NCBI GenBank assembly: GCA_002633005.1
Contig: NMRA01000607.1
Span: forward strand, 1-64,000
Length of the DNA: 64,000 nt
Reading direction: 5' to 3'
From: Phoronis australis
Lineage: Eukaryota; Animalia; Phoronida
Shown here: positions 35,923 to 50,586 of the stretch, piece by piece
Layout of the letters: each line of letters starts with the position of its first letter
How positions within the stretch are numbered: position 1 is the stretch's first letter
Position numbers and translations under genes: made by a program
The notes under the pieces: generated by a model
The model's database searches: none
What the model was told of the DNA's origin: nothing
Seen by the model: the letters and a program-made list of their open reading frames with translations, nothing else

Positions 35923-36924
35923 TTACGCTAAATTTATTTGGCCGCGGAATGATCGAAAAAACTTGCGAATTGCCTCGTTATACTGGGGTATAGACAATGC
36001 GTAAAAGAACGGGTTTATCATTGAATTCATGGACAAAGCTTGTGCCGAAACGGTACTAACGGACTGAAGTTCCCAAGGCAAATTGCTTTGGTTAGAAAAC
36101 ACGTTCTTCGTGATTAACACTGGCAAGAAACAAATTGCGTAAAGCATCACAAACTTCAGCATCACGCGCGTGATCTTCCACTGCGAACCTTTCCTGGCCT
36201 CGTTCTCGTCGGTATTACTGTATATCCGCTTGCGCTGTTGGTATGCTTTAAAGCCTATGTATAGATGTGAGGACAAAATGACGGAACAGGGTAAATAAAA
36301 TGTCAACGTTGCGTACACGTGATGAGCGAAATTACGTTTAACTACAGTCTCGTACACGCACGTGCTGTAGGAAGGGTCGAAATCGTAGTCAACGGCAAAC
36401 CACAAAATGACATCCGCAAGAGGAATGTATAGCAGATACACTCCAATGACCATCACCATGTAAACTTTGCGAGTCATCCACACGACGTGTCGAAGCGAAA
36501 ACCGAATGGAGATGAACCGGTCTATTGACAGCACGCAGACTATGGAGTTGGACACTGCTAGCGGAAACATAGCGACGTACATGGTGACCCAGCACATAGT
36601 CTTAGTGTTGAACAGTTCCATGGGTAGGTGTTTCCAAAATAAAGGAATGACAAACTTCCTCAGTGTATTTAACGGTATGGTAAGACCCGTCAGTAAGTCC
36701 GTTACGGACAGTCCAAGAATGATAATACTGATGTCTTCTTTTCGGACACACTGATACCTCAGAGACACTAAACATACGATTGAATTCCCAATGCATGTTA
36801 TGACACAAATAGTTAAGTTGGTAACCATGTGAACGTACAACATACCAGACGGGGTGGTACTATTCGTGTACCAGAAGGCGGTGGAGTTTGATAGAGCAAA
36901 CTCGGTGTTGTTACTGCCTGACAT
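35923..36924 (-). CDS. Single-exon rhodopsin-like (class A) GPCR, 333 aa
   Basis: N-glycosylation sequons at the N-terminus, GN in TM1, LSVTD in TM2, SIDRFISIRFSLRH, CFLP in TM6 and NSMINPFFY in TM7. Ligand class cannot be assigned. Confidence 0.93.
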   Translation of the reverse strand: MSGSNNTEFALSNSTAFWYTNSTTPSGMLYVHMVTNLTICVITCIGNSIVCLVSLRYQCVRKEDISIIILGLSVTDLLTGLTIPLNTLRKFVIPLFWKHLPMELFNTKTMCWVTMYVAMFPLAVSNSIVCVLSIDRFISIRFSLRHVVWMTRKVYMVMVIGVYLLYIPLADVILWFAVDYDFDPSYSTCVYETVVKRNFAHHVYATLTFYLPCSVILSSHLYIGFKAYQQRKRIYSNTDENEARKGSQWKITRVMLKFVMLYAICFLPVLITKNVFSNQSNLPWELQSVSTVSAQALSMNSMINPFFYALSIPQYNEAIRKFFRSFRGQINLA

Positions 36925-39900
36925 GTTTGCGATTGTTGAGCGGATTGTCTTGGGATTTTACTCTTTTTATATGTTCCAGTGGAATGCAACGCCTACGCCA
37001 ATTAAGCCGAATGTTCGTGGATAGAGGTAATGAACAATATATACTAATGAGTTAATGTTTATTAACAAACTACATTTTAGGTTCTCATCATGGGAAATAA
37101 TGCTATTGTGTGCGAGCAATCAACACCAAAAGCTTGATAACGAAGACAGCAGAATAACGAGGCGTATATTGTTGGATGACAAGTATTAATTCTATGATGC
37201 GTGTTTTGTTAATGAACACGGAGAGATAGCACTTTTCAACGTCACTAATTCTATCTGGAATTCAGATTCTTTTATTCTTTCTAAGCTGGAATCTGCTTTC
37301 AACTTTCTCATAGCTATCACCACCTGAGCACCACCAAGTGTGTACACCATACCACCATCACCACCAGCGAAAACGCAAGGGTTTTAACCAGACCGACGAA
37401 TTGTGCCTCATCAGTTTGTTTGTTTCTTCACCACCTAAGTCGCTTTTGCTGTTATTTAGTACCTTTTGGACAAATATCAAAAAGTTGATTTCAAACTTTA
37501 ATATATACGAGTCAGAAATTAATTAGGTCACGTGATCATACATTTTAGTAAAACTTGGTAAAAAACAAAGGCACGTTCATAGAAAAACAACATGGTTAAA
37601 TTTCGTATGATATAAACGTTCAAACGATTACACTTTTCAAAATTATCATTTCATTAATTTTTACAATTTCAATTTTTGTCATAAAAATCATAAAGCCCTC
37701 TTTTTGATAGCCCCTGGTGCAAAAGTAGAACAGTTGGCCAAAATTTGGATATTTTTCGATGCTTCTACGTAACCTTAAGTGAAACTTAGTTTCAAAACAC
37801 GCTCACTCTTCGTTGCCATTTGGTAGTTTCGCTGTAGTGAGGTGTTGTCAGGGGGTCACGAGATTGACACTAAATCATTGCACTAGATCAAGATTTCTGA
37901 TACACTTAATATATGCGATACCTACTACCCAATCCACTGTATCAAAATTATCCACTGAAAGACAACTTCAGCCGGCGGTGGAGAATATCAAACAGACGGT
38001 TATAACTGAGGTAAAAAATTGAGCCAACATCTCGCGAGAGACCCGTTGAATATTTTGCAATCGGGTTTTATACGGTTACCTCTAGGAATGATCTATTTCT
38101 ATTTTGGTATTTATTTTTATCTGGCACGGCGCACCCCACCACTGAAATTGTCTGACATAAAACTGCTGCGTCACGTGGAGCGATGCTGAATGTTGGTTTC
38201 ATGAACTATACATGTACATGTATAACCCTGGCCCCATTTTCTAAACGGGTGGGGATAGCTAAACTCGGAGATTTGAGCGTGTCTGGTGAGGATATCCAAC
38301 ACTCAACTTGTCTGGCAGTGTTCATTCAAGGTACATTGGTCTGTGTTGAATAATTTGTAGCCAGTGTTATACGCCACCTCTTGGGCTGATTTAGCTCAAT
38401 TTTTGGCCTCAGCTATACTTGTATAATAATTACCAGAAAAATTGATCTAGCTCAATTAAATGTCTAGTGTCATCATCAAATGGCTCCCCCTGACCAGACC
38501 CACCAGAGCAAACCTGCCAGATGGCCATTTCCTACTAGCATCAGGATACCCTTGGAGCACTGGGTTACCTTCCATGTTCAAAAAGGCCCTTGACCCCTGT
38601 CTACTATATAATATGTATTGTTAAACGAGCATTGCGTGCTACTCAGTGGTTTAAGCTCCGGACTCCCGTTTGGGAGAGCGGGCTCGAATCTGGCTTCACT
38701 GGCAGACAATTGAGCATTGCGCATGCGTCTTCTGTGAGTTCTGAGCTCGGTCTTAGTGAACGTATGCAAGAGCGTGAATGAGAACCTGGACATTGAATGC
38801 AAAACCGATTCTGGGGCTGAGCTCATTTAAAAATATGAGCACCATGTCCATTTACTATTAAATACCAAAATATTGGGGATTTGCTATATAACAGGAAATA
38901 CCAGGCATTACCAACAAACGAAAGCAGGCAACCACTATACAAAGACACCAACACAGCATTTAAATATATTATGTATATATATCACAGTTCGAAATAACAC
39001 TTCCAAAATAAAGCCCCGTTCACACTTCTGATGTCATTCTGTACACAATTAACCTTCAATTCTAAATACCACAGGTCAACACCTAAATGCGGCTACCTGC
39101 AAATTATCACTTTGAAACAGCTATGTTCCGCTAAACGCCTACCCTCAATTCATATGATCGAGACTTCTTCGACAGCGTCCCCGTTAACGCCCGTCTCGTT
39201 TAAGTAACGAACCGTTGTCAGCCAGAGTTTCAGTGTCAACAAGAAAATTTCAGTAATGTGATCTTATTTGACACGTGCACGAGAGTCCAACACGTTTGCT
39301 CACCAGAGATTCACTAGTTGAACTATACTCAAAGTTGCAGTTGACCTGTTACAGAAACACCGACTGAGAAGTGTTATGACACTTTCAAAAGTGCTGAATG
39401 CTATCAATGTGAGACCACCGATGTTCCATCAGTCTTTGTGACGAGATTAACTGTGCACTGATGTTGTATACGCATGTTTCTTTATAGACGGTGCCCATGT
39501 CACATGGTCTTGAAAATTAACCCAACTACCCAGAGTCAACGATAGTTACCACTTATCTGTGGCAGAGATTTCCTTTTTGAAGTATGCTTTTCCATACTTC
39601 CCTAGATTAGGATGCACATGCATCCACAGTTTTCACCTATTAGAAATAACTTCTGCAGGAATATTTGTGAAAATGTAACTTTAACTGACTCCAAATCACA
39701 CAAGATTAAACCAAGTTGGAAAACTGAACTAACTGTTGGTTCACAAATAGTCACTAGGTGTCACTGGTTCACGCAACAAAAAGACAATCGCAACAAATAT
39801 TGAACGTACACATCAGTAAATAGAGGAATGCATGCCATAAACAGACACTAATATTCTCAACATTCGCATAAATAACACACACATACACCACTCAATGACG

Positions 39901-40528
39901 CACGGCCACTAGAAAAAGCACAAAACTAAACATTTTGTAAATCCAAATTCTTTTGGAAAGAACAAAAAATCGTTCACACTGATTTCTATGGTTGTTATAC
40001 ATAGTAGAGAGATCATCCATCTAATAAATTATAAGTACAACAAATTTGAAAACATATAATGGACTTACACTGGATTATTTTAAATTGAAACATTTTTCAA
40101 TGAACTGCAAATCTACTTAATTGACAAATGGATATCTTGTGAAAGACTTCAGATTCTTTCAAGCTGCTGGAACCAAATATAGAAAATAAAGATGGCCAAA
40201 AATAACACAGTTTTCTTACTTTGTACATCACAAAAGAATCACAAACTTTGATTTGGGTACAAAAAATCCCCAAAGTCACGTGAGCTTGCATTCAATAACA
40301 ATAATGGGAGATAAGTGGGGTATCCATAAAACTATAATTCCTAATTATTGTTAGACAATGCAAAGACATAAGGTTTAGGGGATCTTCTGTACCTGTGGCA
40401 AAGATCATTCATTTCAATGTATAACATTTAAAAATTCGGGTTAATTTGAATTTTAACAGGTTCAGTCTTCAATTTCAGGCCCAGCAACTTTTAAGGCAAT
40501 AGCCAATTGGTTTATTGCACACACTGTT

Positions 40529-42131
40529 CTAACTGAATTTGACCTTGACCTTTTTGTCTATCGCATATTGCCTAGCGACGGCAACAATCGCCATCTCGCA
40601 CAGCCACACCAGACCACCATATCCGAATGTAGCGCACAGTGTTGGATCGGGACGAGACTTGAGATCGACATGGTCATTTTTGATGTCCACTACTACAGCC
40701 TCAAACTGAAAGTATGTGGTCAGCAATATGCACAAATGGAACAACTGGTGACTGTGCCCGATGAAGTCACACTTGCCAGGGAAGAACCTCTGCGGAATGT
40801 CCGAACCGAAGAAGAAGGCACTGGCTACGAAACTGACGATTTGCGCAGAGTGGAGACTGATGCTTTCGTCACATTTGTGATCATAGGCGTAGCAGCTGTA
40901 GAGCTGTTGCAGTATGGGTAAATTGAGATAAACGTAAACAAGGCCTACTGAGGTCATTTGGAGGAGCCGGCGCTGGGGTGGGTACGGTCGGTCATACAAC
41001 ATCTTGGCTGCAATGCAGCTGAGACCAACATTAATGGCAAGGATGCCGCCGAGCTCAACAAAGAAATGACTGCCAAAATTGTAGAAATTCCTCTCTGTGC
41101 AGTAGTAATAGTGCGCAACGATGGAACCGAAACTGTAGAACCCGATTCCAGCGTAGTCCACCATGAAGCTGGTGTAGTGAGCTAGTTCGGAGCGATTCTG
41201 CAGACAATGAGCACCACTGGAGCAGATGTACAACACAATGGTTGTTAGCACGAGGAATGCGAACGGCCACATGTGAGGATCGTTGACAAAGTCCATCTCA
41301 TCAGAGTAGTGCCAGGTCTTGTATATAACCATTGCCAAGGCCAACAGGTGTGTCCAGGTGTTGAGACACTCGTTGTGTATCTGAAACACACTGAACAGGT
41401 AGCGGTGCCAGTCCTGGTGTACCTGACGGAACCCAGTGTTCACGTGGGGCTCACGGAACAACAAAGGCACATCCTTCTTCTCCGTGACCTCGGCAAATAT
41501 CCGGGATCCCGTCCTGGGTAGAGAGCCATCTGTAACAGATTGAGTAGATGAAATAGGGATATTAGGTTAAATTGTACAACAGCATGACAATGATAAAAGA
41601 TGAAACTGAAAAAATGCCAAAAACAAGAAAATTGGATTCAAGGTTTAAAAAGATAAAAAGACTAAACTTAAGGAAAAAAACATGAAGCATGACCAGTCGG
41701 GTTGAAGCTAATCAATATCTATCAAATTCTCATCGATTACTTAAAAATGTTTTGCACAGTCACATATCAAATGGAATTTTTCACTATTTGTAATCAATGT
41801 TACACAACGACTAAGCAGCTTTTAATCTGCACATGCCGTCCTACTTGTTGTAAGGGTACATGATATGGTTCTACTTGACTTTCAATGATAACAGCCACTT
41901 GTAGTAAGGGTACCTCACAGAGAAGCTGTTCAAGGTCAAACCCTGGCTGAAATATAAAAATTATCGATCACCCAACTCAGCAGGTCAGCCAGAAAAGAAT
42001 CTGTCCCGTGGGACAGTAAGCTCTTCTTGCCCTTCTTTACCCATTCACAGTTTGGAGACGGTCCCTCAGGATTTAGGAATTCCACAAAACTTACTTGCAC
42101 AGGGGTCCTTCACTTCTTTTTCATCGGACAT
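40529..42131 (-). CDS. PAQR family / membrane progestin receptor-like protein (2 coding exons)
   Basis: Exon 42131-42095 (MSDEKEVKDPCA, phase-1 GTAAGT donor) joins exon 41529-40529. Motifs EPHVNTGFR, HNECLNTWTH, SSGAH, DYAGI and PQRFFPGKCDFIGHSHQLFH. Confidence 0.9.
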
Positions 42132-45100
42132 CGTATTCACTCTAACTTCTCTATTCGGCAACTCAAGTAGTGCAGCCACTGAAAACGAACATATTTGTCA
42201 TCTTAATTGGAATGCTAATGTAATGAGCAACATTGGCACACAGTCCCACAGCCAGTCTCAGTGTTCATTACGTCATTGAGAAAGCTCGCGGATATGTATA
42301 AAATGGGTAAATAACTCCCACGTTCAAAGTTGAATATTCAAAAAAAGCAGACATGGTAAAACTGATGTCATAGCACAGACTCTACAATTGTCTCCTGAGC
42401 ATGTGAACATTAAACTAATGGTTCTAGGCTAAAGGACAACCGAATCACGACAGAATGAAGCGAGACTGCTACAGTGTATATCTGACAAGCACCCAGGATA
42501 ATCCAGAACATTTACAAATTTACCAAATGTTTGGTCTCTGCTCCTTCATTCTTTCTTTATGAATGACAACTCTGTGTTGTTATTCCTTATAAGAACAACA
42601 ATACTAGTGTTTAAAGTGGTGTATGTAAACCTTAACATGAAGTCTGTACATGTGTATAGCATAGTTGTAATGAACAGCAAAATATACCCCACTCTTCCGC
42701 AGTCTCCACACAAAGTAAACATGCCATGCTTCTCATGCCAGTCAACACTTGGATTCTTCTAATTTCCCGTAGACTCACTGGCGTGTATGATACAGTTTAT
42801 TTGTTGGTCACCTCGGAAACTCAAAATCAAGCATCACTTATGCTTACTTTCCAGTAAATACATTATATCAACTTTTCATTATTTGAATTTTAGCTATCAT
42901 AGTTGACTCGCAATATTCATACTAAGGCTAACTAAGCCATGTTGGACTGCAACAACGAGTGGAGTTTACCTAGCTGCCTAAAAATGTAGATCTATGTCAC
43001 ATGTGACATTTAGTGTTTGGGCAAGGAACCAGCCAGTCCATTTCCTATCGTAAATCTGAAAATTTTCAGTGCTAGGTGTCAGCCTCTATGTTGAATATAA
43101 AAAGGGGACCACTATTGTTGTGAAACCTGACTTGCAGGTGTGATGCAGTCGTGTAAAGCCTCTCCAAATCGCTTGCCAAGCAGCAATTGCCTCGTGGTCG
43201 AACCATTTGGATGCTTGATTCTCACACAGGAAACTCCACTTCAAGTCGTGATTTGGGGGGGAGGGTTCAAATATTAAGAACAAAAAGTAACTTAAACTTA
43301 GAAGTTTAATATTTCAAAAATGGGTGAAAATGTACACAAATTCTAAAATTGTGATTGTAGGTACAATACAACAACTTAAAATGGGATGGCAATATGTGAA
43401 GTCAAACTCTAGAGCCATAGGCACAGTGTGTCCTTGGATCTAACATCAGATAGATATTAAAATTGTAGTGCTGTACATTGAACCCATACCTTGGTTTGTG
43501 ATTCGTGTTTTGATCCATGCAATTGTGCTGTGTTAATGCTCTGTGCTCAGTGATCTGCAACTGCAGCTTTGTGCTCCATGAATTTCTGTATCCTTTGTGA
43601 CACAATTGTCCCTGGACATAACTGTTAAATATACGTGCTTTCTGCATGCAGCTGTGATTACCATTCGCTACAGGACCATTACTAGGGCATTTGATTGAAT
43701 ACTTAGGTGTACTTCTACCCACTCTGCCATACTACAGTATGTCTGAAGATGGCGCTGCGTCAAATAACCGCAGGGATTTCCAAGACAAGACAAGACATAG
43801 CAGCCAGAAAATGAGTGCTACTCCACTTTCCTCTAAAAGTTTCAATTTGCTATTGCCATTACAAAGATGGCAGGGGTGTATCTGCTGATATCACAAAGTA
43901 AAATCCTGATAAGATTTTTTGAAAATCTAGGCATGGTCGTTTTCGAAAATCTTGGACAGATCCAGATGTTAAGAAGATCTTGGCAAGTGTTAAAAAATAA
44001 TGTCATTATTTTCGAAAACATTGGCAAGATTTTAGTTTTGACGAATTTGTGGCATTGAATTGAAAATAGTATTTTACCCGCCAGGATTCCAGGAATAAAA
44101 TGCTGCAGAATGTGTAAAATGAAACTGGAGTAGGCAGGGCGTTCGCCGCTTTGTTCAACTTTGACAACGAACATGTGATCACATTCACAGCATACCTCAT
44201 CTGATTACCACAAGTTACACCACCTCCCTCCAAGCTCCGCGAATGTTCGGCTCATCATAATTCATCACCAGGCAAACAAAAAAGACGCCCAACCCTAGTT
44301 GCCGTGATCAATTCGAAAGAAAATTCATCCGGTTACAAAAAAAATCCCACTTGGTGTCGCAAAACGCAATCGACGAAAGCTCCATCTCAAGGTGACAAAA
44401 AGGATTGAGCACTCCATTTGGACACAGACATCTTACATTGTGCGATGTCTATGCTTCTCATTTTGGACCACGAACTGCCACGTACACCAGAACCATGTGA
44501 TGGAAGGCGGAGCCTTGCCAGTTATGGACGCTCTAACCATTTTCACTGTGAATGATACATGTTCTACGAATATATTGTTACTAAACGGTTAGATAAGGTA
44601 ACTAAAACACACTCAGCAATAGCCTACGATCGGCACAAGGTTTTTCCTCAGTGCCGTTTCTTTGAAGGTTTGTCACTGAAACCCGGCTGCTATGAAAAAA
44701 TTGGGATATCAAAATATTTTAAATTCACGAATTTCGTGTTCGAAAGTGAATCACAAGCAAAGATTTTATCTCTGTCACAAGTTCCTCACAAAAAAGGCGG
44801 GGCGATAGTCTCACTACGAAATTCCTCGACATAAACATAGCATCCACATCGGTCTGCAATGTGTTTACGAACTTCCCATTGCCCCTCTAATTTGTTTTGC
44901 TACGCCGAATGCGGGGGGTGAAAATTATGTGTACAATGAAGAGAGTCAACTCTTTCTTCCTTAATTTGTTTTGCCTCCACAAACACAACTAATTCACTGA
45001 TTCAATTGCACCTGATGTAGGACCCACAATGCCTCACGTAATGCACAGTTGGTTTAATTGGCTCCCGAAATGACCCGATGACCCCATTGGTCGTAAACAA

Positions 45101-45859
45101 CGTGCCCATGAAATGCACATCGAATTCATAATTTGTTTTGCCTGTATAAATTGATCCATTTATAGCTGCAATTATATCTAATTCTGAAGCCGGGAATCTT
45201 TTGTCCGTAAATAGAATTGACGCTGATTAGTTGTTACGAGGTATCGAAATGGTTCACGAAATGTCCTCGTGATCTCAGGAGACATAAGGTCTTTCCGAAA
45301 TGCCCTGGGAGAAAACCAGCATCCCTGCCTTTAGGAAAAGACATTGGGCGCGTGAGTGAGTCAAGCCTGCGATCTTAGTAAGAGTATGATTTTCGGTGGT
45401 ATTAGTTGTTTTTTATGGCAGTGAATTTCAATTTCCACAAACGCAAACAAAATACCTCTATGGAGTATATCCAAGTTAAATAAGGTCGATTACTTCAATT
45501 GATGAAAAAATTCCATAGCACACAACAGCTGATCCTAATTTTTCATTTCATTATCTTATTACGAGACCAGGGGCGGGCCGTTTCAAGAAACTGACAAAAA
45601 AATTAAATTTAAGGCTAAGATTTGTCTCAACTTTCAAACTTTGAAACTTCCATATTCGGCAAGTTAGTAAAACTTAAGACGAAACTTAATCAAAAGCTCA
45701 AGTCAAACTGATCACTTTCGTCAGGAATTGAGACAAATTGAAGTGTTCTTTAAAAATGACTTAAGATTTTCTTAGGTAAGCCAGTTTTCTTGGAACGAAC
45801 CACGGACACGGCAAACACGGTAGAATGAATTACCATATACAGAATACGTATATTCATAC

Positions 45860-46023
45860 CATGCGCGCACGCAGTGAATGTGGACGTTTTATTAAAAAAC
45901 GGAGTACGTTCAGAGATATGAATTCGCCGAATTCCTGCCTTTTTAGTAGACTTTCGTCTCGTTTTTCGGACTTTTTGTTTCGCTGAGGCGGACCTTTTTG
46001 CCCCACCCTCGGGTGAGTGCATG
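45860..46023. mobile_element. MITE with 5-bp TSD CATAC
   Basis: catac|CATGCGCGCACGCAG...GGGTGAGTGCATG|catac, with the family core sequence. Confidence 0.7.
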
Positions 46024-46811
46024 CATACTACGCGCCTATATCCGTAATAATGCAAATTTTCTCAAAAAGCAGTGGTACCATGATGTAATCATACGCATGA
46101 GCGTCGCGAAAGTTACGCTCGAACCGCCTATGAACCTACGAACCCATGGATCGTGCATACGAACCCAAAATCACGCACAGGAACGAAAAGCATGCACACG
46201 AAACGCATGAATAATACATACGTACTCAAAATCGTACACACGAGCATCGAATCAGCACACGCACAAAGACTTTATCGTTTGGTGGTTTGGGGGCATGCTC
46301 GTTATCAAGACTCTCTGGTACCCCTGAAAAATACCAACTTGAAGACATTTACTAGTGCAGTTTAGGTAATATAGGCATTACCAGGGAACATACCGTTTCA
46401 CTCGCACAATGGCCAGTGTCGAATATTTTTATTTAAATTCACAGCCACTTCTTGTTTTCTGGACTGAGCCAGGAATGCTCACAGGTATCGTATTTGGTTG
46501 AATAAATCGGAAATTGCCCGTGTTTGACCACTCCAATGTAGCGTTCAATTTTCCACTAATTTATACATGAGAAACTTTATGTGGAAATTGTATTTATAAA
46601 GACCTCTCGTCTATAAACCGCATCCAGTCACTATTGTTTTATTTAAGCTACTTACGTCATAAATTTGGTAAAAATTGTTCCATTGAGAAAATGAGAGTGA
46701 TTTTTGGGCTCGAAAGAACTGCTACTTTGCCATACATGTTGCTTTAGACCACGCCCTGCAAGTTGACAATTGTCGCAGCGTGTCATTTCATTCGCGTAGC
46801 ACGATCTCGAT

Positions 46812-48466
46812 AATGATAAAACTGACGATTCTTTGCAAAACCAAAATCCCTTCGTTTCGGCAAGGAACAAGTTGAGACCACTTTTATACCTTATAGTTTC
46901 TTCGACGTATAACGCGGCCCTATTGCTTCTTCTAAAAGTGTCGTGTAGTTTTGAACAGACGGGAGTGTGTACAGAAATATTTCTCGTTTCCTGTTGATGT
47001 AATACTGATTTAGCTTAATGTAACAATTACTCCAAGCTGAAGGGTTATTTTAATTGAACGTTCATGGTTTCACTGTGTGATTATTGTTGGAATAGACTTA
47101 TCAGCTCTAACCACGGTTATACAAGTAAAACAGCGAGATCTGTTGTTTGTTTATTGAACTTATTGCTCATCGATATCCACCAAACATTTTGTGCTATGGT
47201 CAACCACGGCGACTTTTACCTATTTAACATGTTTAAAATTTTTCACCATTTATCGAACGACATGGTTTAGCTCCGTTAGTAAAGGGTTTAACTGCGACCG
47301 CAAAGACTCAAGGTTCAAGTGCGCGCTCAGAAAATCTCTTTTCTTGTTTTTGACGATGTCCTATTAAAATCCAAGTTGCTCCTGGTATCATTTATAAGTT
47401 TTTTTTTAACATTTTTTTTGCGTCTTAGTTTAGATAAACATGGATAGACAGCTTTTAAAAACGGGTATGTAGGATTAAATGCATGAACACGGTTGGGCCG
47501 AAATTTGTAAAATTGAACAAATTTCACTGGCGACACTGATTTTTGTACTCTAGAAACCAATTTACAAGAATCTAAACAAAGGACGCTTCCAATCTATACC
47601 CGTAACGTAAAAATGACAATTAACAGTGGCGGATTTANAATGATAAAACTGACGATTCTTTGCAAAACCAAAATCCCTTCGTTTCGGCAAGGAACAAGTT
47701 GAGACCACTTTTATACCTTATAGTTTCTTCGACGTATAACGCGGCCCTATTGCTTCTTCTAAAAGTGTCGTGTAGTTTTGAACAGACGGGTGTGTATTCA
47801 GAAATATTTCTCGTTTCCTGTTGATGTAATACTGGTTTAGTTTAATGTAACAATTGCGCCAAGCTGAAGGGTTATTTTAATTGAACGTTCATGGTTTCAC
47901 TGTGTGATTATTGTTGGAATAGACTTATCAACTCTAACCAGGGTTATACAAGTAAAACAGCGAGATCTGTTGTTTGTTTATTGAACTTATTGCTCATCGA
48001 TATCCACCAAACATTTTGTGCTATGGTCAAGGCCGGCGACTTTTACCTGTTTAACATGTTTAAAAATTTTCACCATTTATCGAACAACATAGTTTAGCTC
48101 CGTTGTAAAGGGTTTAACTGCGACCGTAAGGGCTCAAGGTTCAAGTACGCGTTCAGAAAATCACTTTTCTTGGTTTTGACGATGTCCTATTAAAATCCAA
48201 GTGTCTCCTGGTATCATTTATAATTTTTTTTTTACATTTTTTGCGTCTCAGTTTAGATAAACATGGATAGACAGCTTTTAAAAACGAGTATGTAGGATTA
48301 AATGCATGAACACGGTTGGGCCGAAATTTGTAAAATTGAACACATTTAACTGGCGACACTCAGGCTGATTTTTGTACTCTAGAAAACAATTTACAAGAAT
48401 CTAAACAAAGGACGCTTCCAATCTATACCCGTAACGTAAAAATGACAATTAACAGTGGCGGATTTA
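46812..48466. repeat. ~0.83-kb direct duplication joined at an N (probable haplotype overlap)
   Basis: 46812-47637 and 47639-~48466 are near-identical with scattered SNPs and small indels; N at 47638. Confidence 0.85.
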
Positions 48467-48740
48467 GGGGGGGGGGGGGNNNNNNNNNNNNNNNNNNNNN
48501 NNNNCAAGGGGGTCATGGCCCCCCTAAAATCCTAAAATTCTATCAGATACCATTTGGGAGTTTGCGTGTGAACTCAGTGCTGACTAGCACATGCTCGCAA
48601 CCAGGAGATGAATAAACGATGAAGAAACCCGTTCACCGTTTTTATCCCCACGTGTGGGGCTGGACGCGCGCATCTGTCAAAATTCTGGTTATTCCTGTGC
48701 CCTGGCCCCCTCCTAACTCAAAATCCCGGATCCGCCCCTG
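48453..48740. mobile_element. CAGTGGCGGAT-terminus MITE with 5-bp TSD ATTAA (spans an N gap)
   Basis: attaa|CAGTGGCGGATTT...GGATCCGCCCCTG|attaa. Confidence 0.7.
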
Positions 48741-49818
48741 ATTAACGTGTTACAATGTAAACTTTGTAATACTGGCGTTGTAAATATACCTCAACTAAAG
48801 TTTCACAGGCGAGTTTCCTCAACAAAGCGAATGGTTTCCCGTAACGATCACAAAGCAGGTGAGAAGACAAGCCTTCTTGGGGTCAGCGGGGGTTGGTTGA
48901 ATGTATTGTCCGGATACACCTGTCAGTCAAACATCTTTTTGGGCGTAACCTCATTGTAACTGGATTCCATCAGCACCCGTTCACCAATCCAAGTGTCCGC
49001 TGTAGGCTATGCAATTTGCATGCATCTCAGTTGTTGCTGATAGGTGCAAACTGAGTAGCTTCGTGAAACAACGGTAGCAATTGTCAGTACAAATACTGAG
49101 ATAAACGTTGCCACGTCGCTGAAGACCAACGTGTGCAAGATCACAGAGGGCCATCCTGGAAGTAAGAGTCATCAAGTCTCAAAACACCACCTCTTAAAAC
49201 TGCCAGACAAGTTAGTCAAGGTACTTTCTATGAATAATCTTGTTTTTTGTTCAATGTTATGCTTCCATTTTGTGAAAAACATTGATTGGTCACGCGCGCA
49301 CTCAGCCCAAAAATGGGGGCTCGAAGTTTTTGGGAATGTGAGTCTTTTACTAAGATTCTCGGAGTACGTTCAGAGCTATGAATTGTGCATTCGCCCAATT
49401 TTGGTGGTTCCTGCCTTTTTAGTTGGCTTTTGTCTCGTTTTCTACTTTTTTCGGCGTTTTTGTCTCTCCGATGCGGACCTTTTGCCAACATAGGCAAATG
49501 GGGGGGGGGGATGATGGTGGAAGACATGCATTTTTGTCAATTTTTGAAGACCCAGCCACCCTTCGCGTATCGCGTATTCCAATTAATAATGAGTTGCCTG
49601 TTAATTTATATTCTGCCATACGCAGTTGTACGCACGCAACGCAGCTCATATTGTAAATCAATCGTGCTCACTCGTACAATATAGTTAGCACTGACTCATC
49701 ATGGGCGGCGCACCACAGGGGAATGGGGGGCTATAGCCTACCACTTTTTTCAGTGCTACGACGCACATAGTCTATAGGTGGTGCTCCACGGGGGGGGNCT
49801 CGACCATCGTCGTCACAC

Positions 49819-50586
49819 GTGCACAGGCAAAAGGAATATTTGACGGCTTCGCTTCTTGCTCTTCCGTCAGCAGGCCATCGGCGACAGTCAGTTCCCCTCA
49901 TTACCCGTTCCGACCAGTCGCCACGTCTTGCACGTCACAGCATTGGAGCCAGACCAGAAGTCCTTGATGTAAAAAAAGAACTTCTTGACAAGCAGGCAGA
50001 AGAACGAACAAAAAATTTTCAAAACTGGCTGCAGAAGAAAATGCAGCAACGGAAGCATGAAAAGAAGATGCAGGAGTTACGGCGGGTGGAGGAGACTGAA
50101 AGGAAAAAGAGCGCCCATGTACAGGGGACAAAATCTTTCAGCGAATGGTGCGCCGAAGTGAAAGAAAGATCATCAATTCGGCAGCGAAATTCTATATGTG
50201 AACAAATTGAAAAACAACTGAAAAACGAGTTTTCAGAAATACTGCGGCACAAAACTATTTGCCACTGCAATCAACTGCCCAGCAGCGTGATTAATCTTCT
50301 AGAACAAAAATCCTTCGACGAGCATGAAATGAAGCAAAAACTAAAGGAACTGAGAACAGAAAAAGCCAAAATGTCTCAAGCAGTTTATCACCAATGGTTG
50401 ATTACCAAAGAAAAAGAGGCACTGCGACGGGAAGAAGAGCTCCTGGAAATTGCGATGAAACCACCTGCCAAGCCTAAGACGCAGCTGTCAATCAACCAAC
50501 GGCGACAGTCGCTTGTCCAGATTCCGGCAAAGACGAGACGCGCTAGCTTATTTCCTGTTCCAACTAGAAAAAAGCCAACGATTTAA
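49819..50586 (+). CDS. Coiled-coil protein, CCDC34/CCDC181/MAP9-like C-terminal region; 5' end unresolved
   Basis: 255-codon K/E/R-rich frame with repeated F/YxxWLxxK motifs (NFQNWLQKK, SFSEWCAE, VYHQWLITKEKE). It begins just after an N at 49798; AATAAA near 51108. Confidence 0.6.
   Translation: MHRQKEYLTASLLALPSAGHRRQSVPLITRSDQSPRLARHSIGARPEVLDVKKELLDKQAEERTKNFQNWLQKKMQQRKHEKKMQELRRVEETERKKSAHVQGTKSFSEWCAEVKERSSIRQRNSICEQIEKQLKNEFSEILRHKTICHCNQLPSSVINLLEQKSFDEHEMKQKLKELRTEKAKMSQAVYHQWLITKEKEALRREEELLEIAMKPPAKPKTQLSINQRRQSLVQIPAKTRRASLFPVPTRKKPTI

Noticed and set aside
47266-47328. Possible tRNA gene (TAGCTCCGTTAG...GGTTCAAGT), also candidates at 24182-24247 and 38635-38700
   Set aside because: A/B-box-like motifs are present, but I could not form acceptor and T stems. 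These are better explained as SINE heads or pseudogenes.
46812-48466. 0.83-kb tandem duplication with repeated small ORFs
   Set aside because: N at the junction, allele-level differences and an end inside a G-rich MITE indicate a probable assembly overlap.
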